Assembly (NCBI GenBank): GCA_963759775.1
Contig: CAVXAH010000001.1
Span: 38,787-102,786 of the forward strand
Direction: 5' to 3'
Source: an uncultured bacterium
GTDB lineage: Bacteria; Patescibacteriota; Minisyncoccia; Phycocordibacterales; Phycocordibacteraceae
DNA: 64,000 nucleotides
Shown: positions 47,363 to 55,876 of the stretch, piece after piece
Position numbering within the stretch: position 1 is the first letter of the stretch
Layout of the letters: each line of letters opens with the position of its first letter
Program-made: the position numbers and the translations under genes
Notes under the pieces: model-generated
Told to the model about the DNA's origin: nothing
What the model saw: only the letters and a program-made list of their open reading frames with translations
Databases searched by the model: none

Positions 47363-49095
47363 AGTGAGGAGGGCGTAGTGGCACGGTCGGGCGGTACGTC
47401 GTAGTAATTAATCAGGAAGTGAGTCAGGTTCATGAAGGTAGAAGTGAGTGTTTCGGATGCGTAGCGAACCCCTTGCGGATCGTTGGTGTAAAGGAGAATG
47501 ATAAACCGCGGCGCGTACGAAGGAAAGTAGCCGAAGAAGGAGTGGAAGTACCTATCTTTGTAGTACCCGCCTCCGGGCATGGTGAGCTGGGCAGTTCCGG
47601 TCTTTGCCGCAACAGACATAGACGCTATTTTTTCCTTTCCCTGCGCAAGGTCAAAGTCAACGACGTGAGTAAGCATTCCCGCGACCGTGCGCACTGCCTC
47701 CGGAGAAAACACCTCCACTGTCTCCGGTGGCTCAAGAGTCCGCGTGATGCCGGTATCAAGCTTAATGGCGCGCGTGAGGTAGGGCCGAGCCATTGCCCCG
47801 TCGTTTGCGAGCGCACTTAAGGCACTTATCATTTGCACCGGTGTTACCGCGATACCTTGGCCAAATGAGGCGGTGTCGTAACCTACCTGCTGCGGCCTTG
47901 AGATGTTTTGGAGAAGACTTCCCGTTTCACTTGGAAGGTCAATGTGTGTCTTCTCGCCAAAGAGGGTCGTGAAGTACGTTCGGAGTCGCTCTTTGCCGAG
48001 TTGTCGCCCAACCCAGGAGGCGCCGAGGTTCAAAGATTCCGACAAAATTTGCTGTACCGCTACCCTTCCGCGCGCCTTGAGGTCAAAGTTGCAAATAGTG
48101 TAGGTATCCACGTCCATACAACCCGTATCGTTATAGGTTGAGTCGGCGGTTATCGCATCCGCATCAAGGCCAGCGGCCACAGTGAGTGGCTTCACTATGG
48201 AGCCAAATTCATACACATGCTCCACAAGCGGATTCCCGAGAACCGCCGGGTCAACACTTGAGAGATCGTTCGGGTTGTAGGTCGGGACCGTGAGAAGAGC
48301 GAGAACGGCTCCTGTGCGCGGGTCCATAATGATTCCGCCTGTTTCTTTGCTCTTAAATTTCGCGTGCACTGCTTTAATTTCACTCTCAAGCCGAGTCGCA
48401 ACCGCGGGCTCAATGGTGGTTACCACATTGCCCTCACGTACGTTTTTTGTATCAATGAGTAAATCCCCCGCGCCTGAGAAAAGGGTTGCGAAGAAATTTT
48501 TATAAAGAGAGTCACCGCTGCGCGCGAGTGTGTGGTCATAGTACGACTCAAGACCTGTTCGTCCGGAAAGACTGTCGCCGCTACCATAGGAAACGATGCC
48601 AACTGACTGTGCCGCAAGCGTCCCTCCAGGATACTCTCTCCAGCGCTCACGAAGCACTATGACGCCGGGTATTTTAAGCGCGGCGAGCGCGCGACCTTCC
48701 TCTTCCAAAAGATGATGCGCTATCTCAACATACACACGCTCGGACCGTAGAGATGCGGCGAGGAATACCTCACGGTCAATGGTAGAGGTGGCGAGTGCGG
48801 TCGTAAGGGAGTTGTAAGCGGCTTCGGGGTCTTTAAGGGTCTGGGGATTCATTGCGAGCAAAAACCCCGTTTGAAGGGTCGCGGCTGAAATGAGTGCTCC
48901 GTCCTTGCGAGTGAAATAAATAGACCCGCGATCAAAAAGTCCACTTATGCCGCCGGAAAACTGCCGCTCGGCCTTGAGCGCATACGTTTCTCCCTGCACG
49001 ATTTGGACAATGTAGAGGCGTCCGGCGATAAGGATCGCGATGATAAGAATTCCGAGAAATACAAGTCGGATACGGAGTCTAAACTGCGCGCGCAT
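47359..49095 (-). CDS. ftsI: penicillin-binding protein (transpeptidase; FtsI/PBP3-like)
   Basis: SxxK (SIVK), KTGTA motifs, N-terminal TM; dcw position before murF. Confidence 0.9.
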   Translation of the reverse strand: MRAQFRLRIRLVFLGILIIAILIAGRLYIVQIVQGETYALKAERQFSGGISGLFDRGSIYFTRKDGALISAATLQTGFLLAMNPQTLKDPEAAYNSLTTALATSTIDREVFLAASLRSERVYVEIAHHLLEEEGRALAALKIPGVIVLRERWREYPGGTLAAQSVGIVSYGSGDSLSGRTGLESYYDHTLARSGDSLYKNFFATLFSGAGDLLIDTKNVREGNVVTTIEPAVATRLESEIKAVHAKFKSKETGGIIMDPRTGAVLALLTVPTYNPNDLSSVDPAVLGNPLVEHVYEFGSIVKPLTVAAGLDADAITADSTYNDTGCMDVDTYTICNFDLKARGRVAVQQILSESLNLGASWVGRQLGKERLRTYFTTLFGEKTHIDLPSETGSLLQNISRPQQVGYDTASFGQGIAVTPVQMISALSALANDGAMARPYLTRAIKLDTGITRTLEPPETVEVFSPEAVRTVAGMLTHVVDFDLAQGKEKIASMSVAAKTGTAQLTMPGGGYYKDRYFHSFFGYFPSYAPRFIILLYTNDPQGVRYASETLTSTFMNLTHFLINYYDVPPDRATTPSSL

Positions 49096-49198
49096 CCCGT
49101 TAGAAATAGAACACGAACACTCTCGAAGTGTTGTGCCCTATCCGATTAGGTCCAATAATCATATGCCTCATCATATCGTGTTCGTGATTTCTAACGGG
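49096..49198. repeat. MITE-like element (family A), TIR CCCGTTAGAAAT / ATTTCTAACGGG, abutting the ftsI start codon
   Basis: 12-bp perfect TIRs, covarying sub-terminal stem (agaacacgaaca / tgttcgtgat), internal CCCTATCCGATTAGG core inverted relative to 10303-10417. Confidence 0.7.
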
Positions 49199-49213
49199 AC
49201 GCATTGTACAAGA

Positions 49214-49510
49214 CTAACGCAAAGCAGTCGTCGGTGCACCGGTCACAAATACTTGTGCGACGGGTTTGCTGTACCCGGCGGCGCTGTAGTTGGTCGCTGT
49301 TACGGACTGAAGCATAGAAAAATAGGAGGATTCAAGAGATGCTACTGCCGCTTCCCCATCGCGCACCGACTCGGCAAACCCTACGGTGAGAGTCGCGTAG
49401 TTCATGACAACCGCAATAAGCGCGACATAGGTGAGTGCGAGTGTGGCGGCGAGCACAGCAAGAGCTCTTACCGGTGAAATATTAAAACGAACGGCAGCAA
49501 CTCTAGACAT
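49214..49510 (-). CDS. putative cell division protein FtsL-like (single TM)
   Basis: small bitopic protein between rsmH and ftsI; internal Met chosen. Confidence 0.45.
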   Translation of the reverse strand: MSRVAAVRFNISPVRALAVLAATLALTYVALIAVVMNYATLTVGFAESVRDGEAAVASLESSYFSMLQSVTATNYSAAGYSKPVAQVFVTGAPTTALR

Positions 49511-50435
49511 AGGCAGGAATACGGGCTTCACGCGCAACCGGTGCGCGCTCAAAGACGCGAAGCTTCGCGCTCCTGGCCCTGCGGTTTTGGAGTACCTCCG
49601 CCCGTGACGGAACGATTGGTTTTTTGTCGACCAAGGTGCCAAGCCCCTCGTGCACCGCATCACGGAACGTACTTTTAACGATGCGGTCCTCTATTGAATG
49701 AAAAGAGATCACCGCTAGACGACCGGAAGGACTGAGATGTTTTAGTGCAGCGGCAAGACCTTCACGAAGTGCATCCAGCTCGTCGTTCGCCGCGATGCGA
49801 AGCGCCTGAAAGGTCTTCGTTGCCGGGTTCATCTTGCCGCGTTGGTACCAATGCGGTGTGCCGTCTTTCACTGCCTCTACGAGTTCCACCGTGGAGAGGA
49901 TGCGGCCCGAACCCCGCTTTGCCACTATCGCGCGCGCAATGCCGCGCGCGAAGCGCTCTTCGCCGTATGCGTAGAAAATATCCGAGAGTTCTTCTTCGGT
50001 TGCGCTGTTCACGATTTCTGCTGCACTTTTTCCATCCGTGCCGTAGGTCATCAAAAGCGGTTCGTCACCCTGGAATGAGAAACCGCGCGGTGAGGCAATT
50101 TGATAACCGCTCCACCCGAGATCAAAAAGGGCTTTATCAATCGTTGGTATACCCAGGCGTTCAAGGACGGTGTCCAACCGACGGAAGTTGTCGTTTACCA
50201 CGTGTGCGACGGGCCGATCTGCACGACGGTCTGCGGCGTATGCCTCTCGCGCACGCTCTACCGCGTCAGCATCGGCATCAATGCCAATAAGCTTTCCGTC
50301 TGCACCAAGGCGCGAAAGGAGTTCTTTGAAATGCCCTGCCCCGCCAAGCGTTGCATCAACTACCACATCGCTCGACTCTACCGCGAGCGCCTCAATCACT
50401 TCTTGTACCAAAACGCTGTCGTGTTTTGCTTCCAT
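49503..50435 (-). CDS. rsmH: 16S rRNA (cytosine1402-N4)-methyltransferase RsmH
   Basis: MraW family: DATLGGAGH, SFHSIEDRIVK motifs; internal Met chosen as start. Confidence 0.9.
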   Translation of the reverse strand: MEAKHDSVLVQEVIEALAVESSDVVVDATLGGAGHFKELLSRLGADGKLIGIDADADAVERAREAYAADRRADRPVAHVVNDNFRRLDTVLERLGIPTIDKALFDLGWSGYQIASPRGFSFQGDEPLLMTYGTDGKSAAEIVNSATEEELSDIFYAYGEERFARGIARAIVAKRGSGRILSTVELVEAVKDGTPHWYQRGKMNPATKTFQALRIAANDELDALREGLAAALKHLSPSGRLAVISFHSIEDRIVKSTFRDAVHEGLGTLVDKKPIVPSRAEVLQNRRARSAKLRVFERAPVAREARIPAYV

Positions 50436-50436
50436 A

Positions 50437-50865
50437 CTATTTTGAGTTGCCGAGCGCCTCAGCGTAAGAATCAGCATTACGCTCAATAGCTGCGGTGTAT
50501 CTCTTCCACGCCGTTTCGTCCCAAAGTTCAACGCGGCCGGCAACGCCGGCAACGACCGCTTTCGCGTTCAGTTTTGCAAATGATTTCAAATGGTCAGGCA
50601 CGAGGATACGGCCCGCGGAGTCCACTTCGGCTTCCATTGCCCCTGCAAGAAAAAGGCGCGCGAGTCCGCGGCCAGCAGTATTTCCTGTTGCGTGGCGGGC
50701 ATAGCCCTCTGCCTCCTTGTCCCACGCCTTCTTGGGGTAAATAAAAAGACAGCGGTCGAGCCCACGAGTGAGCACGACCGAGCTTCCAAGCTCCTTGCGA
50801 AACTTCGCTGGAAGTGAGATGCGATTCTTAGGATCAAGCGTGTGTGTATATTCTCCGATGAACAT
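50437..50865 (-). CDS. mraZ: transcriptional regulator MraZ
   Basis: two MraZ repeats (DPKNRISLPAKFR / DSAGRILVPDHL). Confidence 0.9.
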   Translation of the reverse strand: MFIGEYTHTLDPKNRISLPAKFRKELGSSVVLTRGLDRCLFIYPKKAWDKEAEGYARHATGNTAGRGLARLFLAGAMEAEVDSAGRILVPDHLKSFAKLNAKAVVAGVAGRVELWDETAWKRYTAAIERNADSYAEALGNSK

Positions 50866-50877
50866 AAAGATTTTGTT

Positions 50878-50973
50878 GGGAGCGAAGCGACTTAGAAAAT
50901 CTTTACCCTGTTAAATCTTTCGCCTCTGGCGAAAGGCCGGCGGAGCCGGATTTAACAGGGTGGGACTCGCTCC
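50878..50973. promoter_or_regulatory. about 96-nt nested hairpin in the mraZ upstream/leader region (candidate structured RNA or MITE-like palindrome)
   Basis: outer GGAGCGA/TCGCTCC, perfect 12-bp CCCTGTTAAATC/GATTTAACAGGG, two internal GC hairpins (tttcgcc-tctg-gcgaaa, ggccggc-gga-gccgg). Confidence 0.4.
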
Positions 50974-51069
50974 AAATCCAGCTCGTCCCACTTTCTCCCA
51001 CTAGCAGTGAAGTATATGACACTCTATCCCACCTGACGAATGAGGTTATCCCCACCCCAACATGCAACG

Positions 51070-51096
51070 AAAAACCGCGCCTTTGACGCGGTTTTT
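51070..51096. terminator. bidirectional terminator (serves lysK on the minus strand)
   Basis: aaaaaccgcg-cctttga-cgcggttttt. Confidence 0.65.
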
Positions 51097-51106
51097 CGTC
51101 AAAATC

Positions 51107-51246
51107 TATTTCAAAACCTCAACACGAGCGGGGCACTGCATCCGAGGGGGTCGCGAAGTTGGGCGGTGCGAGCGTTTCAGGCGTTTTTTGAGCACAAAAA
51201 ACGCCGTACCTGAGGAGGTAGTGGCCCGTGAGTGGGTTTTGAAATA
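51107..51246. repeat. about 140-bp element with 12-bp TIR TATTTCAAAACC (family D, copy 2), ending 4 nt from the lysK stop
   Basis: about 85% identity with 9555-9701 including the perfect hairpin ggcgtttttt-gagcac-aaaaaacgcc. Confidence 0.7.
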
Positions 51247-51250
51247 AGCA

Positions 51251-52816
51251 TTAGGCGGAAGCCTCTTTGAGACGTTTTAAAACAAAATCTCGCGGAAGGA
51301 CCGAAAGAAACCACCCGGCTTTCGGCCCGGAGTCGCGCGCAAGGAAAAGCTGATAGAGCGCGACAAATAAATCTTTGGGCGCAATCGGTACTTCTGTCTT
51401 TAATTCATGGAGTCGCGCGTGGACTTCTTCTCCGGTTTTCTTCCCTCCTTCAAAAAACTCTGCAAGCAAAGAGCTCGCTTTCTTCTGCGCATCCGAAAGT
51501 GTAATCTCGGGCATTGTCTCTTGCAGTTCGTAGCGGAATTCTCCCGGTGCGTACGTCGTGAGCCAAAACTTCGCATACCGGGCACGTTCCCGCAGATAAT
51601 GCTTTTCTGTCTCGGTAAGTTGGCTTCCTTTTACGCGCTCCGCTTCCACCACGAGGTCAAGGTGCGGCATTTGCACAATGAACGCGACCTCCTTGAAGCG
51701 AAGCTGCCACGGGGATGGAAGTTCCGCGCGGTCTTCGGGAAGTTCGCAGAGCGCGAAAAGCCGCGAGTAGTCATCGGCCTTCCCTTGTCGCACGCCTTCT
51801 CCCAGGTCGTCATACCAGTCGTACATGCGGGGCACCGAATCTCCTTGCGGATCTACATCAATTTGCTCGCGAATGTCTTTACCGATGAGCACAAGACGAA
51901 AAACTTGTGGGGGGAAAAGATCGGCCATTTCTTTTGCAGAAGAACCACGTCCCTTCGAGGAAGACATCTTTTTTCCTCCAACTAAAAAGAATTCATAGGG
52001 GGTGTCGAAGGGCGGTTCAACATTGAAGATCTCGCGACAAATATGGTTCGCCACATCTCGCGAACCACCTTTTGTTGAATGATCTTTGCCTCCACCTTCA
52101 ATATCAACACCCAGCGCGACCCACTTGGCTGCCCAGTCCACTTTCCAGAAAAACTTCGACCTTCCCCCATAAGGTGCAACACGGCCCGAATGCCCGCACG
52201 GAACACAGCCATCGGGAGAACGATCGCAGTTGTAGGCAACGGTCTTGCCATCAAAGTCAGATGCACGTGTCGTCATCATCTTTCCGCATTTTTCGCACAC
52301 AACTGAAATAGGGAGCCATGACTCTTCCTTTACCGAACCCGAAATTTCTTTCAAAATTCGGCGCACATCCGCAGCTTTTTCAAGCGCTGTTTTAATGAGA
52401 GAGTCCATCGCTCCGGAGCGGTAAAGCTCTGTCGCGCGATAGTATTCTGCTTTAAAACCAGCTTTTTGCTGAACCTGCAAGAATTCTGCCGCGAAAAATT
52501 CCGCGTAATTTGCATATCCATCCTCTGGGCTCGGCACACTGAACAAAGGTTTTCCTAGATGTTCTTTAAATTTTTCTTGATCGAGATATGCAGGAACGGT
52601 ATCTAGGGCATCGAAATCATTAAATTCGTATTTAAAGGTGTTCGCTATTCCATATTCAGATAAGACTTCCGAAACAAGCCCATGAACAGCCACACTTCTC
52701 ATTGAGCCCACATGGACTCGGCCCGACATCGTCTTTTCATCACGGATAAGCAGTTTTTTCCCGCCTTTTGCGCGCGTATTTTGTATTTCTTTTGCAATCC
52801 GATCAGCCCAAAACAT
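51251..52816 (-). CDS. lysK: lysyl-tRNA synthetase, class I
   Basis: HVGSMRSV (HIGH-like) and KMSSSKG (KMSKS) motifs; about 520 aa class I LysRS architecture. Confidence 0.9.
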   Translation of the reverse strand: MFWADRIAKEIQNTRAKGGKKLLIRDEKTMSGRVHVGSMRSVAVHGLVSEVLSEYGIANTFKYEFNDFDALDTVPAYLDQEKFKEHLGKPLFSVPSPEDGYANYAEFFAAEFLQVQQKAGFKAEYYRATELYRSGAMDSLIKTALEKAADVRRILKEISGSVKEESWLPISVVCEKCGKMMTTRASDFDGKTVAYNCDRSPDGCVPCGHSGRVAPYGGRSKFFWKVDWAAKWVALGVDIEGGGKDHSTKGGSRDVANHICREIFNVEPPFDTPYEFFLVGGKKMSSSKGRGSSAKEMADLFPPQVFRLVLIGKDIREQIDVDPQGDSVPRMYDWYDDLGEGVRQGKADDYSRLFALCELPEDRAELPSPWQLRFKEVAFIVQMPHLDLVVEAERVKGSQLTETEKHYLRERARYAKFWLTTYAPGEFRYELQETMPEITLSDAQKKASSLLAEFFEGGKKTGEEVHARLHELKTEVPIAPKDLFVALYQLFLARDSGPKAGWFLSVLPRDFVLKRLKEASA

Positions 52817-52840
52817 ATGGGAATCCTAGCACGTCCCTAC

Positions 52841-53320
52841 TTACGCCACCTTTTCTATCGTGTAGGTCTGTTTGCCGTTTGGAGTCTCAAACGTAAATTC
52901 GTCCCCTTTCTTCTTGCCCATGAGCGCAGCGCCTAGCGGCGAGACGTGCGAAAGCTTGTGGAGACGCATCTCTGCCTCCTCACTACCCACGATTTCGTAT
53001 TCGTGCATGTCTGTTCCCTTCTCTTTCTTAATGGAAACTTTTGAGCCGAAGCCAACGATGTCTTTTCTCTTTTTACCCTCCGTGACAATCTTCGCGTGCT
53101 TCACCAACTCCTCAAGCCTTCTGATACGCTCCTCGGTTGCGGCCTGAAGGTCGCGCGCTTCCTGGTACTCCGCGTTTTCGGAAAGGTCGCCAAGCGAGCG
53201 GGCGTACTCAAGGTTCTTTGCAATCTCGGTACGGCGAACGGTTTTCAAATGCTCGAGCTCCTTCACCATTTCATCAAACTTCTCTTGCGAGACCATCGTC
53301 TCTTGGGTGGCATCGGTCAT
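52841..53320 (-). CDS. greA: transcription elongation factor GreA
   Basis: GreA N-terminal coiled coil and C-terminal FKBP-like domain; start at MTDATQE. Confidence 0.9.
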   Translation of the reverse strand: MTDATQETMVSQEKFDEMVKELEHLKTVRRTEIAKNLEYARSLGDLSENAEYQEARDLQAATEERIRRLEELVKHAKIVTEGKKRKDIVGFGSKVSIKKEKGTDMHEYEIVGSEEAEMRLHKLSHVSPLGAALMGKKKGDEFTFETPNGKQTYTIEKVA

Positions 53321-53368
53321 ACGTGTGCTGTTTGCGGGCATTGTACGTGCTCTGCTCTGAAGCGCAAG

Positions 53369-53500
53369 CCCTGGGGTACAACATGGCATCGTGTCTTTAG
53401 CTCCAACGATCAAAAGCTATAAACCTTTTGTTTTTATGTGACGTCTGGCAACTGAAATAAACGTAGGACACGAAGAGTAATGCCATGTTGTCCCACGGGG
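53369..53500. repeat. MITE-like element (family C) copy 2, TIR CCCTGGGGTACAACATGGCAT / ATGCCATGTTGTCCCACGGGG, 48 nt upstream of greA
   Basis: TIRs match 31269-31404; internal sequence differs but keeps sub-terminal complementarity. Confidence 0.7.
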
Positions 53501-53524
53501 CAAGCCCATAAGGAAAAATCGATT

Positions 53525-55222
53525 TTATTTGAAGTAGTCCGAGGCAGTTTCGCGAAGTTCCGAAAACACCTGGCTCATGACGTAAATACCGCCAAGCGTA
53601 TTTGTTGAAGGACCACGTTCCATAACCACCACATACACATATTTCGGTTTTTCATACGGAAAAAAACCGACTGCCCAAGAGTTGTGGTACTCGTTCCGGA
53701 CGCCTGTCTGCGCCGTGCCTGTTTTTCCTGCAAGATGCGCGAGAGAGTCAAACGAAATAAGTCCGCTTGAAGTACCATCTCGTACTCCTTGCCGCATACC
53801 TTCGCGCACGATTTGAAGTGCCTCTTTAGTAATGGGAAGTTCTACGCCTTCTGACGGCGCGTCCGGAAGACGTGTCGTGGACTCCTTGAGGACGGTCGGG
53901 GTAACAAGCACTCCGTCATTTGCTACCGCCGCAATCGCACGCGCCATTTCAAGAGCTGTCACCTGCATCGCATATTGCCCGATCGCGGTGTGGTACGTGT
54001 TGCCGATATTCCACTTCTCACCATACGTTTCTTCTTTCCAGCTTGGAGTTGGCACAAAGCCGCTCGCTTCCCCGGGAAGCGCCACACCGGCCGGATCCGT
54101 AAGACCAAATGTGCGATACCAGTATGCGAGGCGTTCAATACCAAGTCCCTTCTGAGCGCCGAACCCTCCACCGACGATGTAGAAATAAATGTCGGAAGAC
54201 CATGCAATTGCCCTCCGTAGATCAACGGTCCCATGTATCTTCCAATCTTTAAATATATTGGGATTTTCTGGATTGTAAGGGTTCGGTATGGAAATAAAAC
54301 CTTTGCTGTCGTAAATGGTGTATTCCGGTGTAATGATGCCGTCAGTGAGCGCGCCGGCTGCGAGAAGTGGCTTCACGACAGAGCCTGGCGCATAGAGCCC
54401 CTGCACAGGCCGATTGAGGTACGGACGGCGCGCGTCCTTGCTATAGCCCTCAATAACACTTGAGGGTCCGCCCGAGGCAAGCACGTTCGGGTCGTATTCA
54501 GGATACGAAACGAGTGCGCGTAGTTCTCCCGTATCTACATCCATCAAAATGCCAGAGCCACCGGAAAACGAGACGTTGTCTGCGAGACCCTTGATAGCTT
54601 TATAAAATGCCTCTTGCACACGCGCATCTATGGAAAGCGTGAGGGAGTGCCCAGGCACGGCAGGCACCACAACACCTTGGGACTTCACTTCGCCAAGGGC
54701 ATCTGTTTCAACAAGGAGACGACCTCCCTCTCCGCGAAGTTCTGCATCATAGGAAGCCTCAATACCTGCGAGACCTTTTGTTTCCGTACTGTAGTAATTG
54801 CCCTTGGAATCTTTTTTGGGGTATGAAACGTACCCTAGGAGTGCTCCGAACCCTGGCGTTTTGTATACGCGGCGAACGAAGCCGCCCTCGGTTGCTTCGT
54901 TCGTGATGAGTGGGATGCCGTTAGTGTCAGAAATGATGCCGCGTTCTGCAAACAACACATGCTCCTCAAGCGAGTTTCGTTCGCTCGCCTCGGCATAGGT
55001 GCTCCCCTGTCGGACTTGTAAATTCCAAACCTGTGCAAGAAGGAGAAGCAGAATGAGACCGAGCGACCCACCGAGTAGGACGAACGCAGAGCGCGCGAGC
55101 GGGCGTTCAAGCCTGCCTTCAAAACGCGAGCGGTCAAACTCCGAGACGTTTGCATCATCAAGAAATATTTCGTCTGGATCTATCTCAAAACCTCGTGTTT
55201 TTCTTTTTCCCCACAATCTCAT
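53525..55222 (-). CDS. mrdA: penicillin-binding protein 2 (elongasome transpeptidase)
   Basis: SxxK (SVVKP), KTGTA motifs; upstream of mreD/mreC/mreB. Confidence 0.9.
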   Translation of the reverse strand: MRLWGKRKTRGFEIDPDEIFLDDANVSEFDRSRFEGRLERPLARSAFVLLGGSLGLILLLLLAQVWNLQVRQGSTYAEASERNSLEEHVLFAERGIISDTNGIPLITNEATEGGFVRRVYKTPGFGALLGYVSYPKKDSKGNYYSTETKGLAGIEASYDAELRGEGGRLLVETDALGEVKSQGVVVPAVPGHSLTLSIDARVQEAFYKAIKGLADNVSFSGGSGILMDVDTGELRALVSYPEYDPNVLASGGPSSVIEGYSKDARRPYLNRPVQGLYAPGSVVKPLLAAGALTDGIITPEYTIYDSKGFISIPNPYNPENPNIFKDWKIHGTVDLRRAIAWSSDIYFYIVGGGFGAQKGLGIERLAYWYRTFGLTDPAGVALPGEASGFVPTPSWKEETYGEKWNIGNTYHTAIGQYAMQVTALEMARAIAAVANDGVLVTPTVLKESTTRLPDAPSEGVELPITKEALQIVREGMRQGVRDGTSSGLISFDSLAHLAGKTGTAQTGVRNEYHNSWAVGFFPYEKPKYVYVVVMERGPSTNTLGGIYVMSQVFSELRETASDYFK

Positions 55223-55226
55223 GGAT

Positions 55227-55493
55227 TTATCCCGTTAGAGATAGGAAGCGCTTGAGCCGGTTTTTGAGATAACGCTTACCCATTCCCGTTTTGAGGTACT
55301 TTTCACGCGCAAAAGCATCTTCGGCCGTTTGAGATGCTTCGTAATATATGAGTGTGAATGGACCACGTCCTTTAGTGTACGCCACTCGATTTGAATTGTG
55401 CAGGGCCAAGCGCTTCCGAAGATCTTTCGTGCAGCCGGTATACCATCGACCGTCACTTTTAGCTTGGAGAACGTACACATACACAAACGACAT
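55227..55493 (-). CDS. GIY-YIG nuclease superfamily protein (YhbQ/UPF0213-like), paralog of 22291-22539
   Basis: 88 aa, VYVYVL....G.WYTGCT.DL.KRL..H and YYEA motifs. Confidence 0.8.
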   Translation of the reverse strand: MSFVYVYVLQAKSDGRWYTGCTKDLRKRLALHNSNRVAYTKGRGPFTLIYYEASQTAEDAFAREKYLKTGMGKRYLKNRLKRFLSLTG

Positions 55494-55506
55494 AATCTCT
55501 AACGGG
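55231..55506 (-). mobile_element. TIR-flanked GIY-YIG gene unit (family A putative autonomous copy)
   Basis: perfect 12-bp TIRs CCCGTTAGAGAT / ATCTCTAACGGG lie 1-3 nt outside the stop and start codons of the GIY-YIG ORF; same TIR family as three MITE-like copies. Confidence 0.6.
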
Positions 55507-55758
55507 ACGCGATAATACTCGTCTCAAAGAATCTGCGCACGGAATAGGAAAGCAGTGCGGCGAGTGCCCCAAGAGTGCTGTACAGAAAGGGTGGATGTAT
55601 ACCCGGGACATAGTAGAGAATGTCAGCGAAAAGCCCTATAGCAAGCACCGAAAGTGGCGAGACGATTCCCGCAAGTAGCGCGAGCAGTCCCGATACGACT
55701 GCTGGAAATACAAAAAGTGAGGCGATGGCAGACAAAATAATGGTCGCGCGGATGTTCA
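55499..55758 (-). CDS. mreD: putative rod shape-determining protein MreD (small polytopic membrane protein)
   Basis: position after mreC; hydrophobic 85-110 aa; annotated from the GTG at 55758 because the longer ATG start (55834) lies inside the repeat element. Confidence 0.45.
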
Positions 55759-55876
55759 CCCCGTTAGAGGCAGGTCGCGACCCAACATCAACTCGAGATC
55801 GTTGGGTGAAAAAGAGATTTTTACCGTAATTCATATTTAACTCTTAATCGAACGGGACCGCGGCCTCTAACGGGGG
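55758..55876. repeat. MITE-like element (family A), CCCCGTTAGAGGC / GCCTCTAACGGGG, overlapping the mreC 3' end and mreD 5' end
   Basis: imperfect about 20-bp TIRs including a covarying extension (aggtcgcgac / ggaccgcggc); internal ctcttaatcgaacggg resembles the family core. Confidence 0.6.

Noticed and set aside
51062-51247. 61-aa ORF inside the family D repeat as a protein-coding gene
   Set aside because: The paralogous copy at 9555-9701 does not preserve the reading frame, and the substitutions between copies are structure-preserving rather than codon-preserving.
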